Positions 1 to 14,961 of a stretch of DNA of 64,000 nucleotides are shown here, in pieces (the first letter of the stretch is position 1; the number at the start of each line of letters is the position of its first letter). The stretch lies in assembly GCA_011109175.1 (NCBI GenBank), contig RDEW01000062.1, forward strand, positions 1-64,000. Direction: 5' to 3'. Both the position numbers and the translations under genes were made by a program. The DNA comes from Dicyema japonicum (taxonomy: Eukaryota; Animalia; Dicyemida). Below the pieces are notes generated by a model. The model worked only from the letters and a program-made list of their open reading frames with translations. It was not told the DNA's origin and searched no databases.

Positions 1-1425
1 CCATGGGCGGCCATCCGAAGGATGTACTAGATTGTTTGAAAAGTCTGATAGTACAATTGGAATCCCGATGCCTAACTCTAAACACCAATAAGTGTAAAGT
101 AACCAATTTTGGATTTCCACAGCCTGAATGGGATGATCCTTGGTATGTTCAGAGAGATCATTCCGAAAGCCACAGAAACCAAATCAGAACAATTGGAAAT
201 ACTTGGATGCCCTCTTACTGATGATGGAATCAGTAACACTCTAAGAAAAAAAGAACATCAACTAAAAACAACATTCAGACGTCTGGAGATGTTGGACGCA
301 CACACCTCCCTATTCCTCTTGAGAAACGCCTTATCAGCACAGAAACTGAACTACGTTCTTCGGGGGGCACCCTGCTACTTGAAAATGTAACAGCTCGATG
401 CTATCGATTTTCTCTTCCGGAGTACTATTGAACGTATCACAAATGTGAAATTTGACGACCAAGGGTGGGACCAAGCGACCCTACCCGTTAGCCTGGGCGG
501 ACTGGGAATTCCTTCAACAAAAGATCTGGCTTGCCCTGCTTATCTATCCTCTTTGGGCTCCAGCCGACTGCTGGTCAGGATGATTCTCCAACTCCAAACA
601 GAATCATCTGAAATCACAGAGATGGAGCATTTGAAAGGGATGATGCCTGAGCAGAAAAATCGTTACAGGACCACCTGCGAGGATAAATATGAGAGGCTTC
701 TGAACCAATCAAACCAACACAGACGTGCCTGTCTAGTCACTGGAAGATGCGAATCGAGTGGCGCATGGATCAATGCACTCCCAGTTGGCAGTGTCGGGAC
801 CCACCTTGACGACGATACATCTCCACCAGACTTGGACTGGAGATTTGCCGGACCCACAAATGCCGATGTGGCGCAACCGTCGATTGTTATGGACTCCATG
901 CCCTCTCTTGTCGAAGGAGTGCAGGACGATTCCCAAGACACAAGGCGATCAACGGAATTGTCAAGCGAGCCCTGGAGTCTGCGGGATACCCAGTCATACT
1001 AGAACCTGTTGGTCTGGACAGAAGAGACGGAAAACGTCCCGACAGGATCACAATTTTCCTATTCGAAAAGGGGAAACCTTTGGTCTGGGACGCTACTTGT
1101 GTCAACACGCTTTGCCCGTCCAACATTGTCCGGGAGCGCGGTAGACACACTGTATTCCGCGGAAAAAACGATGAGGGCAAAGGAGAAGAAATACGAAGCG
1201 CTACGCGACCGATTCGCGTTTTATCCGATAGTGGTCGAGACAACTGGAGGAATAAGTGGAAAATCGCTTCGCTTCCTAAAGAAACTTGGACACTTAGCTA
1301 CACTAAAAAGCCACGAAGCATGTGAGATCCGGTGGCTACTCTAGTTGATCTCTGTTGTAATCGTGAGAGGCAACGCAACGTCGATAATGTCGGCGGGGTC
1401 CACTTTGGATGGATGGCAGTTTTAA
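1..1425 (+). mobile_element. Degenerate CRE-like non-LTR retrotransposon (RT C-terminal half, Zn motif, restriction-like endonuclease), cut by the window edge
   Basis: ORF pieces GLGIPS, SGAWINALP, GKRPDRITIF-x-GKPLVWDATC and YPIVVETTG match the RT-thumb/REL layout. Several stops and frameshifts. AT-rich tail after about 1420. Confidence 0.85.
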
Positions 1426-2934
1426 ATATGATTTACTGTAAATATGGTTTTCTGATTTAAATAAATTGTCTTTTTGAAGAATATGGTGATTATTAATTGA
1501 GATTTATACATCTTTTCTTATTAATTTCCAGACTCATCAAGACTTTTTTGTTTAATCTCCGTTAATACAAAGACATACTTTTTGATAAATAGAACACAAT
1601 GAACTGTCGATACATAACTGTTGATGCATAATGTGGTAGATAACAATTGATCATCACTGAGAAAGTCATGAGAAGATGCTGCATGAAGAGAACAAATCTT
1701 GAAAGTTATACATTTCTGTTACACAAGAATTTGATGAAACTGATGAATATGATGAGAATTTGATGAATTAGAATTTAGAATCAACATGACAATTATTGAA
1801 CTTAAGAATGGCCTGTCCTTATTTGATAAAAAGGAGAAATTTATTAATTGACGTGGTAGTATCTTCCTAAAGACTTCAACTGAGTAAAGATGAGAAAATA
1901 AGGAAACACAATCTTCTTTTTCAGGACTGTTGCTTATTGAAGTCAATCTACAATTCTCTATACTTTGTAAAGCGTTAACTTACTGAGTCATCTATGAATA
2001 GATTTCTTATTTTTTTCAATTTTAAGGATTACCGTGAGTATAATCTTGAACGATTCAGGCACTCATATCTGGACTTCTTAGACAGCTATATGTGTTCAGC
2101 AACAGATTTCATAATATGTGGATAACAGACAGAATAACATATTTTTATTTAGCTCATGTTTCATTTTTTATTGATGTATGTAATTGTCAACTTAATTTTT
2201 TGCAATAAACGTTTCCTTCTAGTCTCTGTTAGGTTCTTGGTGAATTTTTGTCTGTCTTTTGATGAGCTTATCACCGTCGGCGAGCGTTGTGACTAGAATC
2301 ATTTAATTCGATAGTTATATTCTTTTCCTCCTCGAAATGTTTGATGTTTATAAAAATCGAATTGAAATTTTTATTGGACACTTCACTATTGGCCCTACTC
2401 CTTCATTGGTATCTCGGAATCTGATATAGAGTCCAGGTCTTTGATTTTATTTACTTGGATAAAAAGAATAAGCACACATTGATGACGTGTACAGCTCAAT
2501 ATGTTAATTTAAAGATAATGTATGGTAATTCTTTCTGCATATAATTTAATCTAATGTCTTTAAAAATGTTCATATTTCTCCTACAAACATGCATTGAGTC
2601 ATGTTTTATTCTGAACTCTATTTGTGCTAATAAATTTTTAATACAAAAAATTGGAAGTAGATAAACATAACTATATTGGTGTATATTCCGTTTTGGTAAA
2701 TCTCAGAAAAGTACGTACATCGACACATGTAGATTGCGGTCACTTGGCAGCCAAATTAGTAAAGGTGTCGTCAATGAGATCAGGAATGCGACGAGACTAA
2801 AGACCCTCGCAGAAAAAATGATTTTTTTTAAATTCTGAGGATTGCGATAGTTCGCGGAAATGCCCATTCTCATAGCATCTGGAATCTGATTTGTTGCTAA
2901 AATTTTTGTTGCAATAAAATAACAAACGGTGGAA

Positions 2935-3260
2935 AAATAATTACCCAGCCAAAAAAATCGGCGGATTCGAGAGGTTTTACTGTAACTAATTTCTTAACGT
3001 GTTCCAGCAGAACCAGCAGAACCCTACCAAAGTGATTAATTCCTTGACCAGGACTTGTTCAGTGATCCATAGGACGTTTTCTGGGAAACTGAGGTTAATT
3101 CAAATATTAGCCGACAGGGAGCGAAATTATCCTCAGGTGAAATCAATAAATGGATCCTTTTGAATATCGGCCATGTATTAGAGGTCTTCTGAGTAAGGTG
3201 GATCCAATGACGCCAACAGAGGGAAGGAAGAAACAATTAAAATGAAAATTTTTTGAAATA
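2935..3260 (-). mobile_element. SINE-like repeat (family C)
   Basis: Shares AGTAAGGTGGATCCA(A/G)TGACG and flanking similarity with 39060-39260. Minus-strand end reads GCTGGGTAATTATTTTT, like the shared LINE tail. Confidence 0.5.
2959..2984. repeat. Solo right terminal inverted repeat of a pogo/Tc1-mariner-type element
   Basis: CGGCGGATTCGAGAGGTTTTACTG followed by TA. Near-identical copy at 60557-60582. The reverse complement TACAGTAAAAC resembles the left end at 53649. Confidence 0.55.
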
Positions 3261-3347
3261 AGGTTTCTATCAATGAAAATGCATAAATAGGATTATTGCG
3301 GAATGTTAAAGATTCAAGACTTGAAAGAATACTTTATTAATAAATTT

Positions 3348-5354
<2,007 letters not shown>

Positions 5355-5564
5355 GGATGTTTGAAATCAATACAATTAGTTTAAATTAAGGTTTGTCAAA
5401 AATAATTATAATTTAATAATAATAAATTAAAATTGATGCGATTAAGAATTTAAAAATACTTTCCTTATTCTTTGTGGCCATCTGACTCAACTTACGCCGC
5501 GTGGCGCCATGTGGTGGTGTGTGGCTAATTTTTTTTTAATTTATTAAAAAATGGTTTAAGTTCT

Positions 5565-5832
5565 ATGTTTGTTTGTCTGTTTCTCCTCTCTCTTCCATGT
5601 GATCCACCTTTCCAGGTGGCGCCCAGTGTTTTCTAGGCACGAAAAAGGATCATTTGCTCTCCCCCACTCCACTGGAGGGGTTTCCACAACTGAAAGTATG
5701 GACGTTTTTTTCATTTTATGTTGATTCTGGATTTACTCTGTTTCTGTAGAAGTGGAAAATGGATACACAAAATTAGTTTTCTACTATAACTTCTTCTCGG
5801 TGTATCCGGGGTTAATAAAATAAAATAATAAT
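5565..5832 (+). mobile_element. SINE-like or LINE-3'UTR repeat (family B)
   Basis: About 270 bp similar to 39975-40240 (shared GGCACGAAAAAGGATCATTTGCTCTCCCCCA and TTCTCGGTGTATC). Ends CCGGGGTTAATAAAATAAAATAATAAT. Confidence 0.75.
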
Positions 5833-5839
5833 AGCGTCT

Positions 5840-6195
5840 GATGACATCGGATCTGAAGCTCGTGGGTTCGAATCTGAAAGATTGAGTTTTCAGCGAAGGT
5901 CAATTCTTGTCAAACAAATACCACTCGTGTCGCGACGAGTCCTTCTGACACGACGGCACAATAGTTTAACCTTCTCCTTGACCAAATCATTTGATGAAGA
6001 TTACATTATGAATACTATTACGTCAAAGAAATGATGTACGCGATGGTAGGAGGTGTGATAAAAATGAAGAGGACAGACCTACTTTTCCATCTCTCTTCTG
6101 AAGCGTTCTCCCTTGGGTTCCTTCCTTGGATTAATTAGCTGTGACTGATTGTGCTGGGCTTACCAAATATTATAACCATGGGGTTAATAGTAATA
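5840..6195 (+). mobile_element. Probable tRNA-derived SINE
   Basis: B-box-like GGTTCGAATC at about 5865. Ends GGGGTTAATAGTAATA, the shared tail. Single copy in the window. Confidence 0.4.
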
Positions 6196-6769
6196 TTCTT
6201 TGTGAGTGTGAATTTGTGCCCGAAACCTAAAGCTAGCCATGTGGTTAATTGGCCGAAAGGTTCAGTGGTAAATATCTCTATTGCTTCGAATATCTACTTA
6301 TATTCATAAATGAATAAAAGCTCTCGTTTTCATTTTTCTCGTGGGCATGGCGACTTAGACAGGAAACGTCAGAAATTCGACGTTCTGGCAAAGTAGTGTC
6401 TGATGGATGTAGGATTTAAGTTCAAATCATTGCCAGAAATAGAGCATATTTTATCGATGCTTCACTACTCCGAAACTTTTGTATTAGTTAAAACTTGTTT
6501 AGACTCACATAATAAAAGTTCAAAACTTAATAAAATATGGTAGATCAAGAATTTTTATGGCATCCTAATGAGTTAGTGTATTTAGTAGAGAATAGCGCAT
6601 TCTTAATGATTAGTGTAATTAGTAAGAAAATTAATTTTTCTTTATGGTTTATCACATTTGTTGATTGAAGCAGAAACATATCTTATAACTTCAGATATAA
6701 AATTTATTTAGCACTAAAAATACGAAAAAATAAAACCAACGATTAAGTGATCGAGTATTTATTATTATT

Positions 6770-6870
6770 ACCCAAGCATCACTGGGTAAAAGAGAAAGAA
6801 AAAGGTTCTCAAATAACTAAATGATCACAGACCGAAAAGGTAAAGGACGAATCAGTACATCAGAGTCGAT
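6770..6870 (-). mobile_element. 3' end fragment of the LINE family at 33169-34851
   Basis: ATCACTGGGT(A/C)AAAGAGAAAGAAA and downstream sequence match 33178-33265. Confidence 0.75.
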
Positions 6871-6879
6871 TTTTTATTA

Positions 6880-7599
6880 ACCACAATCTTTGGTAAATCC
6901 AGCAACAAGCCGTCAAAAACAAATTAATCCAAAGAAGGAACCTAAGGGTGAACGTCTGCTTGTGCCTACCAAATCTATTTTCAAATGGACCATTTCTGGC
7001 TTCCGCTTCCGAAGAGAGGTGAGAAGTAGGTCCACGCTTTTTCATTTCATCGCACGTCACACGTCCTCATCACTCCACGGAAGAGTTTTTCATAATGGTG
7101 ATCTTCACCAGTGAATTGGTCATTAGTCGATTTTTTCGAAAGGAAACCGCTCTTTTCATTACTGAATATAATGAAACCGCTTTAAAGTCCAGGCCGTCAC
7201 GGGAATGCGCTGTCGTCTTGTACGATCAAATTCTAAAACCGACGGAAGAGTATAATTGTGCCTCATGGGCCTATGGAACTTCATTATCCAATTCATACAA
7301 GATCAACTCCCTAACAGGCAAACTTGCACGTCTAACAAATCTACCCCCGATCTTTTCCCCCAATGCTTGACCACGCTGCAATCAAACATAACGGCTCCTA
7401 CTTCACCAGTCTGTGTGGTAAACAAGTTGTTTCTTCCATTCAAGGCTAGAAGCCTTAAATACACGTAATTTGGGGAAAAAACCCACCCCTCTTCGAACTC
7501 TAGTGAAAAATGATCGTCGTCTATACAGGAAAGCCGTGGGTACTCTGGAAGAACACAGGAAAAACCTCTCGATCCTGTTGAGGCGTACCAGGATCGAAA
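6880..7599 (+). mobile_element. Decayed jockey/I-like LINE 3' fragment
   Basis: LYDQILKPTEEYNCASWAYGTSLSNSYKI aligns with LYKQFIRTTLNYASPSWAPSISLS of the LINE at 13407-14546. Confidence 0.6.
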
Positions 7600-7968
7600 T
7601 TAAATTAAATTATTAACCCCGGCTTCGCCAGCAAGTGGGAAGCCGGCGACCATCAAAGAGCGTGCAGTCCGGACAGGCCGCTCCCAGAGATCTCGACTTT
7701 TGCATCCGGTGGTCCAGGACAGGGAAAAAGGTCTCGAACTACTCTGCCAGCAGAAAAGGGTGGTGTCCACCGTAGGCGAGCCAGTCCGATTCTGAATCTT
7801 CCTCGGAGCGATTGTTCCGTTGGACTGATATCCGGGGGGAAGCGCTCCAAGGACTTTGTTATATTGAAGTGTCCTAATGGCCCGTGTTTGAGATAAAATC
7901 ATGGATTCGGCGGGTCCAAGTTGAGTCTTCTTGAGGGGGGGTGATCTTCGACAAGGCTCTTTGTAGGT
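7600..7968 (-). mobile_element. Young 5'-truncated copy of the LINE at 13274-14961
   Basis: Near-identical reverse complement of about 14584-14955, with (TTAAT)n tail. 11-bp TSD CAGGATCGAAA at 7589-7599 and 7969-7979. Confidence 0.9.
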
Positions 7969-8086
7969 CAGGATCGAAAAGGATACTAGAAATTTAACCA
8001 ATTAGAAGATCAATATTTTTAAATTGTATATTTTGTTAATTTATTAAATTTATTTTTATTGGTTTACCTATTTAATAGATTTATTC

Positions 8087-8270
8087 AACGACACGTTTTG
8101 CATAATTTTGTGTTGTCTGATGTTCTTTTTTTGCTGTCGATGGCTTTGGGATCTGTTATTTACATACACCCGTGCCAGTTAGCATACATTAAAGGCAAGA
8201 AATTGCTGCTTTGTATATTCCATCATCTTTTTAGCTTCTAAAAAGATAAACCATGCAAAATACATTTTAA
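8087..8270 (+). repeat. About 180-bp dispersed repeat with a terminal hairpin (uninterrupted copy)
   Basis: Matches 13229-13273 joined to 14962-15110. Hairpin ATCTTTTTAG-CTT-CTAAAAAGAT. Short inverted ends TTTTGCAT/ATGCAAAA. Confidence 0.8.
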
Positions 8271-9099
8271 TTACTTTTCAACTTTAATAAACGTATGTCT
8301 GGTCTGTTTTTACCACTATCTTTGGCCGAAAACTTTAAATTTTATTCTTAGTGGTACTTGGATGCTGTAGATTTCAATTTTTCTCAATTGAAGCTTTACT
8401 GGACAGAATAAGACCAGATTTCTGCCTTAGTCAGATTATTAATCATCGAATGGTCTTTTAATAATTCTCATGTTAGTAATACTCAAGCTGTTAAGATACA
8501 GTGGACATGGACGATGCTGCGAAAACCGTCTTTTAGCGATGATCTCTGATTTGTGCCACAACTTATTTCAGAAGTGTGACGACCCTTTACACGTTCTCTT
8601 AATTCTCTAGAGGTTTAAAATACCTTTAACACTAAAACGTCGATCCCTAAGGGTCAAGTGTTTTATAATTAAATTTTAAAAACCATAGTAGATAGCCACA
8701 TCAAAATTTTGCGATCTCCGAATCATACAATTGAAAATAAATAAAAATTCTCTAAATGTATATTTTTTCTAAATAAGTATTTTTTTCTCGTTGAAAGGTT
8801 GAGATAAGAAGCTCATCTTTGAATAACCGCTTATAAAAGTCATAATTTTGTGCAATATAAAATTTATTCATGCTCTTAACATTATTAAAAATCGTTTTGA
8901 TTGGATTCTTACATTAATATGCTCATCATATTGCCCAGCCTTAACAGTCAACTAATTATTAAAAGGGCCGAAGTTGTCTTTTTAGTGTAACTCAAATTAT
9001 TTACAATGATCTCGCACTATTCAGTATATTGAACAAAAAATCTTCTTCACTTCTATCCTCTCTATTTGAGACCAGACTCATCATATAACCAATGTCTTA

Positions 9100-9370
9100 G
9101 ACGTTGATCAGACCTTTATAGGCCTTAGATCATTTTAAGAACTTAACGAAGTCTTTCTCAAAATTTTGCAGACTGGTCCTTCATGGTGGCATTTGCAGGT
9201 GAACTTGGGTCCATTCTTAAAGTGTGACCAAACATATCACAAAATGCATCTATACCTACTTATACCCTCTAGAAGCATCTTATACAACGCTTCTTTTTTC
9301 ATTGACCATTTTAGGCTTAAGAAGGACCGAAGTTGTCTTCTTTGTAGTGACTCAATTAATTCTCTTTGAT
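9100..9370 (-). mobile_element. Decayed RTE-clade LINE 3' fragment
   Basis: Minus-strand RRQLRSFLSLKW and MFGHTLRMDPSSPANATM align with RKQLRVLFGMQW and LFGLVLRMDLAAPANVAM of the RTE at 47965-49005. Confidence 0.7.
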
Positions 9371-9879
9371 CAATGAGATCCTCGAGTTCTTGTTTTTTAG
9401 AGTTCTTTTGATCATTGAGATTCCTCGAGTTCTCGAAAAATCATTATAATATCTGAGACAAAAAGGTATATTTTATATCTATTCTTTTATTAATTTGATC
9501 ATTGTTAACGCCGATATTTTTTGTAATGTTTTAGAATCTACATGGAATGAACCAGATTTTTTGGGTTTCTTCATTTTTTTTATTTACGTGACTTGATTCA
9601 ATTAGCGTTGATAATCTCGAATTTAAAATATTCATAGAATACAATTTGTATAGTTCCAGAAAGGTTTTATCTCTTGTGACAAAGTCAAACTTGTCAGTGC
9701 TCTCAATTTCCATAGCGTTACCACGAAATCAATTTTTCAGAAGTTTCATAACATTTTTATGAAACACACTTTATATAAAAATTAAAATATGACAAATTTT
9801 TGTAGAAAATTTTAGTTATTTATATAGTTATCGGTCACATAATTGCCATGAGTAATTTTAACTGCAATTACGGGCAAAA

Positions 9880-9990
9880 ATCATGAGGTATTCGGTTCGA
9901 ATCTCGTTGCTGTCCATTCGTTGAAGGTTTCACGCATCTACGATGCTTTGGGGTTTACGAATAACGCCTTCATCATGTTTTTGTTTTTTT
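9880..9990 (+). mobile_element. tRNA-derived SINE family A, 5' fragment
   Basis: GGTTCGAATCTCG...GAAGGTTTCACGCATCTACGATGCT matches the copies at 51330 and 39365. Confidence 0.7.
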
Positions 9991-10077
9991 AACTACAAAA
10001 GTTTGTATTTTTTGTTAAACCTTAAAATGATCCTTGAAAAACACTCAAGTATTCTGCAGGCAAATATCCCTCTATAC

Positions 10078-11015
10078 CAGAGGTTGTCAAACGGTGTGCC
10101 GCGGCACACTAAGTGTGCCGCAAGACAATTTCTAGTGTGCCGCCTGCCAAATACAAATTTGAATAAATTTGTATACATTTTTGACCTAATTAATTTAAAA
10201 AAGATAAACGAATTAAATAATTACTAAAATTAAAATAATTATTTTTTATTATACATAAATGACATTTACATTGGTTAACCATTATTTATTAATTTTTAAT
10301 AACGTGCGCATCAACGTGCTTATGGTTAAATCAGTTCGTCGTTCTTGTAAAAAATTCTTATTTGTCATTTGGATTTATATGCAAGATAAAAATAAACTAC
10401 CTCAATGTCTTAATTTGCATGGAAGTTTTTGGCAAGTGATGCTATGGTTCCTAGCAAACTAAAGAGACATTTTATTCCAAGCATCCGGACTATTCCGAAA
10501 AATCTGTGGATTATTTTATCCACTTGAAAAAAACAACTTAAGTATTATTTAGTTTTACTATGAATCGTAGATCTGATGTTCAGTGAAACTTTTTTAAACA
10601 CAAAGGATCATGAAATGTTCATACCTGATCTCAGAAGTGATAGCAAAACAACTAAAACCTCACATTATTGGCGAAAACTTTGATAATCCCTGCTTGTCGT
10701 ATTATTGCTCGGACTATGTTTGGTCAAATATGAAAAAATAATAAAGATACCTTTGTCAGATAACACTGTTTCTCGTCGGATTTGTGCTGAAATGCGAGTG
10801 CCTTTTGGTAACTATTCGACCTGATATTGAATGATGCAAAAACAATAATAATTAAGAATTCATTTTTTTATTAATAAAAATTTGGGCATTAATTACCAAT
10901 TTTTGTACTTAGTTTACACATCTTAAAAATTTAATTTTTTTATTTTTTAATGTGTGCCGTGGATTATTTTTTTTACGATTAGTGTGCCGCGAGAATTATT
11001 TTTTGAAAAGCTCTG
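10078..11015 (+). mobile_element. Internally deleted hAT (Charlie/Buster) transposon
   Basis: TIRs CAGAGGTTGTCAAA / TTTGAAAAGCTCTG. Perfect 8-bp TSD CTCTATAC (10070-10077, 11016-11023). Subterminal GTGTGCCGC repeats. Remnants PQCLIC..AMVPSKLKRHF and IPLSDNTVSRRI. Confidence 0.92.
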
Positions 11016-12059
11016 CTCTATACAAATGAATATGTCATGTTGTAAAACACTTGTTTGAAAGCCCCGATCTCTTAAGAGTTTCCGTGTAAGATGGCTGTTG
11101 AGTCAATTGCAACTTAAAAAAATTGTACAGAATAATAAATTTATCATATTTCAAAACTGAAAAGGAGTTTATTAATGATGACTGATGTTATCGGTCATAT
11201 GTTATTATTTTTATGGAAGTATTTTGAACGATCTTATACACATTTTCTTGAAGGCGAATAAGATCCACCAGATGTAATCATCACAAGATTTGTCTGACTT
11301 TTTTATTTGAAAATAAGGGAGTCGCCTCAAAGCTATAAACTATTATTTGCCAGTTATGGAAGTGAATTGAAGTCATAAATAAATTTCAAAATTATGAATT
11401 TTCTGCTATATAACACAATGAGTCGTAATTGATAATGAAATTAGAAAAAATCTTTTTTAAATCATGCATAGTTAGGAATTTCTTAGGACTTATTGAATGA
11501 ATCGGAAGTCGAGGATTTCATAATTAATTTCGCTCATTATAAACTAGAAGACAAAAATTCCACACAATTCTGTTAACTTTAAAAAATATATTGAAAAAAA
11601 TTGTCAAAAATGGCATTTCAGTGATCACAGACATTGAAAGCAAAAATGTTTTAATTTATGTAACTTAGTCAAATAAATTAAGTTCTTTAGTTGTCATACA
11701 TCATTTTTAGATCCCATTTTCAAAATTTTTACGAGTAACAAAAAATTTTCCTAGTATGCACAATATAGAAAATCAAGTCAATAATTAACTTCTCCAATTA
11801 TTTAGGGTTTAGGTCATGCCTCGTAATCTGTCAAAGTCCACCCCGGGTCTGAGGTGTTTTCCGGTTTCTTTAGGTATTCACCCAGATGAGGAAACGGAGT
11901 CGTCTTCGGCTGATCATGAAGTAGTGCTCCATGGCTACGTTTGCATAGGTCTCTATGTCTAGGACGAAATATATTCAAATTTGATCACCAAAATATCATT
12001 TATGAGTTTTCATAAAATCCAATTTTCAACTTTTTAAAAATCGAGAGCAGTGCCCCTCA

Positions 12060-12525
12060 TCACACCTTAATCGAAGAGGACATTACCTCACAAGACCGAC
12101 TAAAGCAAGTTGAAGTTGAGAAATCTCACAAATATGATTTGCTTGCAAATGAACTTTCGCTACTCTATGAATGCCAAATGAAGATTATTCCAGTGGTTTT
12201 GACATGGGATGGAGTTGTCTCAAGATGCTACAAGAATCATATGGATAAATTATCTATTGAAAAATCAACGAAGACTTACATCCAATCGGTTGTGCTGAAG
12301 AGAACGCTTGAAAGAATGCTCATTGAACATAAGCATGGGATGAAGGTATACGATGAAGACTACGCCTTTGCTACCTACCAAATTGTAGAACTTGCATGCC
12401 GTGAGGATAGCCCACTGGACTCTAAAAGAGATATTTCGACTGAATCTGATGTGGAGATGGGGAATAACAGGGAGTTTATGGCACACTCTTATAAGAGAAG
12501 AGGGATTACCAGCAATCTGGATTAA
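12060..12525 (+). mobile_element. Restriction-like endonuclease remnant of an R2/NeSL/R4-type non-LTR element
   Basis: EVEKSHKYDLLANELSLLYECQMKIIPVVLTWDGVV fits the EK-x2-KY-x2-L end of REL domains. Confidence 0.7.
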
Positions 12526-12589
12526 AATCCGCTTAATTAGTTAATTTACTCGTAAATTTTCAACAATGACTAATTATTTTTTATTAAAA

Positions 12590-12800
12590 ACAATTAGTTA
12601 ACAAAGAAACAAATGTTGGTTGAAGAAGCCGACTGCGTGGATAGCGAACAAGTTCCTTCTGAGTATGGGCAGTCCAATCTTTTGTCTCAGCCATAACCCT
12701 TCTCTTGATCCCTTTTCTTTCTGGCAAGCATTCCTCCGAGTTCGCGCAAGAACTCAGTCGTCATTGGACGAACGGCACCCGATGACTTGACCGCAACAAG
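12590..12800 (-). mobile_element. CRE-like element 3' fragment
   Basis: The reverse complement is closely similar to 42360-42545 (GPMTAEFLRELGG..LWLRQKIG). Confidence 0.85.
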
Positions 12801-12977
12801 AGTAATTATTTTAAAAAATATTAAATTTCATAAAATTAATCCTCCTGTCCGACTAAGAATGCCATAATTTATTTTAATTACTAATCTTTTTGATTAATTT
12901 AATTTATTTTTTACTTGGTGTTTTGATTTTTTAATTCATCGTAATTACGAAATGCGAAAAAAAACTAATGTTCTGAA

Positions 12978-13172
12978 ATGCCTCACAGGCTTATGGAAGA
13001 TGGAAAGCATTTTGTTTTGAGCACTGTATATAATCAATTTATTGAACCATGTATCTCTTATGCATGTGGTATATGGGGTCCACTCATTTCTTGGACGAAT
13101 GTCTTGAAGATCGAGAGTCTTAAAAAAATATCTGAAATATTTTTTCGAAAAGAATATTTGAAATTAAGTTAA
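12978..13172 (+). mobile_element. LINE RT-thumb remnant
   Basis: VYNQFIEPCISYACGIW, homologous to YKQYVEPYISNACV at about 60160-60210. Confidence 0.55.
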
Positions 13173-13273
13173 ATAAAAAATTAATATTCATAAATTATTT
13201 ATTTTATTAATTTAATTAATTTATATTCAACGTCACGTTTTTGTTGCTTGATGTGTTGTTTTGCTATCGATGG

Positions 13274-14961
13274 ATTCTTGGGAGCGAAAGCTTCGTGCCC
13301 GCTCAATGGTCGCCATCGAGATCTCCTTGAAGAGAGACGATAGGGAAAAATGTGGTTCTTTTTCATGTGTGCTGTGTAGGGCACAGGCACAACCAAATGA
13401 CACCTCTTGGTGAACCACAACGTCATAAAAGCCATGTTGCCCTCTTCGTTCAGGCCAATTTCCTTAACATCTGTTGTCTCAAAAATCCTCGAAAGGATCA
13501 TTCTTAACGAAATCACCCCCTACCTCGACCTCTCCGACTCACAACATGGTTTCCGTCCTTTACACTCGACCACCACGCACTTACTGACACTAACCCAATA
13601 CATCTCCAACGGTTTCAACAACTGCAAACCCCCGGAACGAACTGTCTTGGCCTCTATTGACCTAACTAAAGCTTTCGACAGAATCTCCCGTGTGGTCCTC
13701 TGCAACAAGATCTATTCTTCAAATATTCCCTCTGTATGGAAGTCATGGCTCACAAATTTCCTCTCGGGAAGACTGGGTCATACGTGTCTATATTCAAATC
13801 TATCAAGATATCGACTCCTACCAAACGGTGTTCCCCAGGGATCAGTCCTTTCACCCTCACTTTTCAACCTTTACGTCAAAGACATCCCAACAACCCAAAA
13901 TACGTTACTATTGACATATGCCGATGATCTAGTAATCGCATCCAGGAGTGGCGATGTTCGACTGGCCACCGAAAAAGTGCAGTACCACCTGAACTTGCTA
14001 TCCGACTGGATGAACTTAAACTGGATGAGTGTTTCCACCTCGAAGTCATCAGCTACCCTGTTCACAACCGATCGAAGACAATTCAACCTAAACCCCACAC
14101 TCTCGTTGGGAGACGAACCACTCCCCTTAAATAAATACCCGAAGATCCTTGGAGTTGTCTTCGATCCTTCACTCTGTTTCAACAGACAAGTGGAGGAAGT
14201 AATGACAAAAGCCAAGCGGAAACTTAACATATTACGGGCAGTAGCTGGCCACTCAAACGGTCAGCAAAAAGAAAACTTAACTCTTCTCTACAAACAGTTC
14301 ATCAGGACTACACTCAACTACGCCTCACCAAGTTGGGCCCCCTCAATCTCCTTGTCCCTTTCTCAAGAACTGCAGAAAGTGCAAAACTCGGCGCTGAGAA
14401 TAATAACTGGCTGCTTAAAGTCAACCCCCACCGACCATTTACATTGGGAGTCGAAAATCCTCCCGCTCTATGACCACCTGGAAATGCGTAATTTACAATT
14501 CCTACGGCAGTCGTTCGACCCGAATCACCCAGTTCACGCTTGCTAAGTAACAATAACCGCAGATACATACGCAGGACCCTCTTTGACCTACAAAGAGCCT
14601 TGTCGAAGATCACCCCCCCTCAAGAAGACTCAACTTGGACCCGCCGAATCCATGATTTTATCTCAACACGGGCCATTAGGACACTTCAATATAACAAAGT
14701 CTTGGAGCGCTTCCCCCTGATATCAGTCCAACGGAACAATCGCTCCCGAGGAAGATCAGAATCGGACTGGCTCGCCTACGATGTGGACACCACCCTTTTC
14801 TGGCTGGCAGAGTAGTTCGAGACCTTTTTCCCTGCCCTGGACCACCGGATGCAAAAGTCGAGGATCTCTGGGAGCGGCCTGTCCGGACTGCACGCTCTTT
14901 GATGGTCGCCGGCTTCCCACTTGCTGGCGAAGCCGGGGTTAATAATTTAATTTAATTTAAT
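13274..14961 (+). mobile_element. 5'-truncated jockey/I-like LINE with an intact RT domain
   Basis: ORF 13407-14546: FRPISLTSVVSKILE, QHGFRP, DLTKAFD, GVPQGSVLSP, YADD, KILGVVFD. (TTAAT)n tail. 15-bp TSD TTTTGCTATCGATGG (13259-13273, 14962-14976). Confidence 0.93.

Noticed and set aside
1505-1984. Possible small spliced gene on the minus strand (ORF 1719-1946 plus GT-AG 21-26-mers and an open downstream frame)
   Set aside because: No recognisable motif and several equally possible splice solutions. Needs RNA evidence.
6775-6790. TTATTACCCAAG resembles the nematode SL1 spliced leader; similar strings at 2938, 33178 and 63697
   Set aside because: These are reverse complements of the shared LINE tail. 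No donor site or Sm motif follows.
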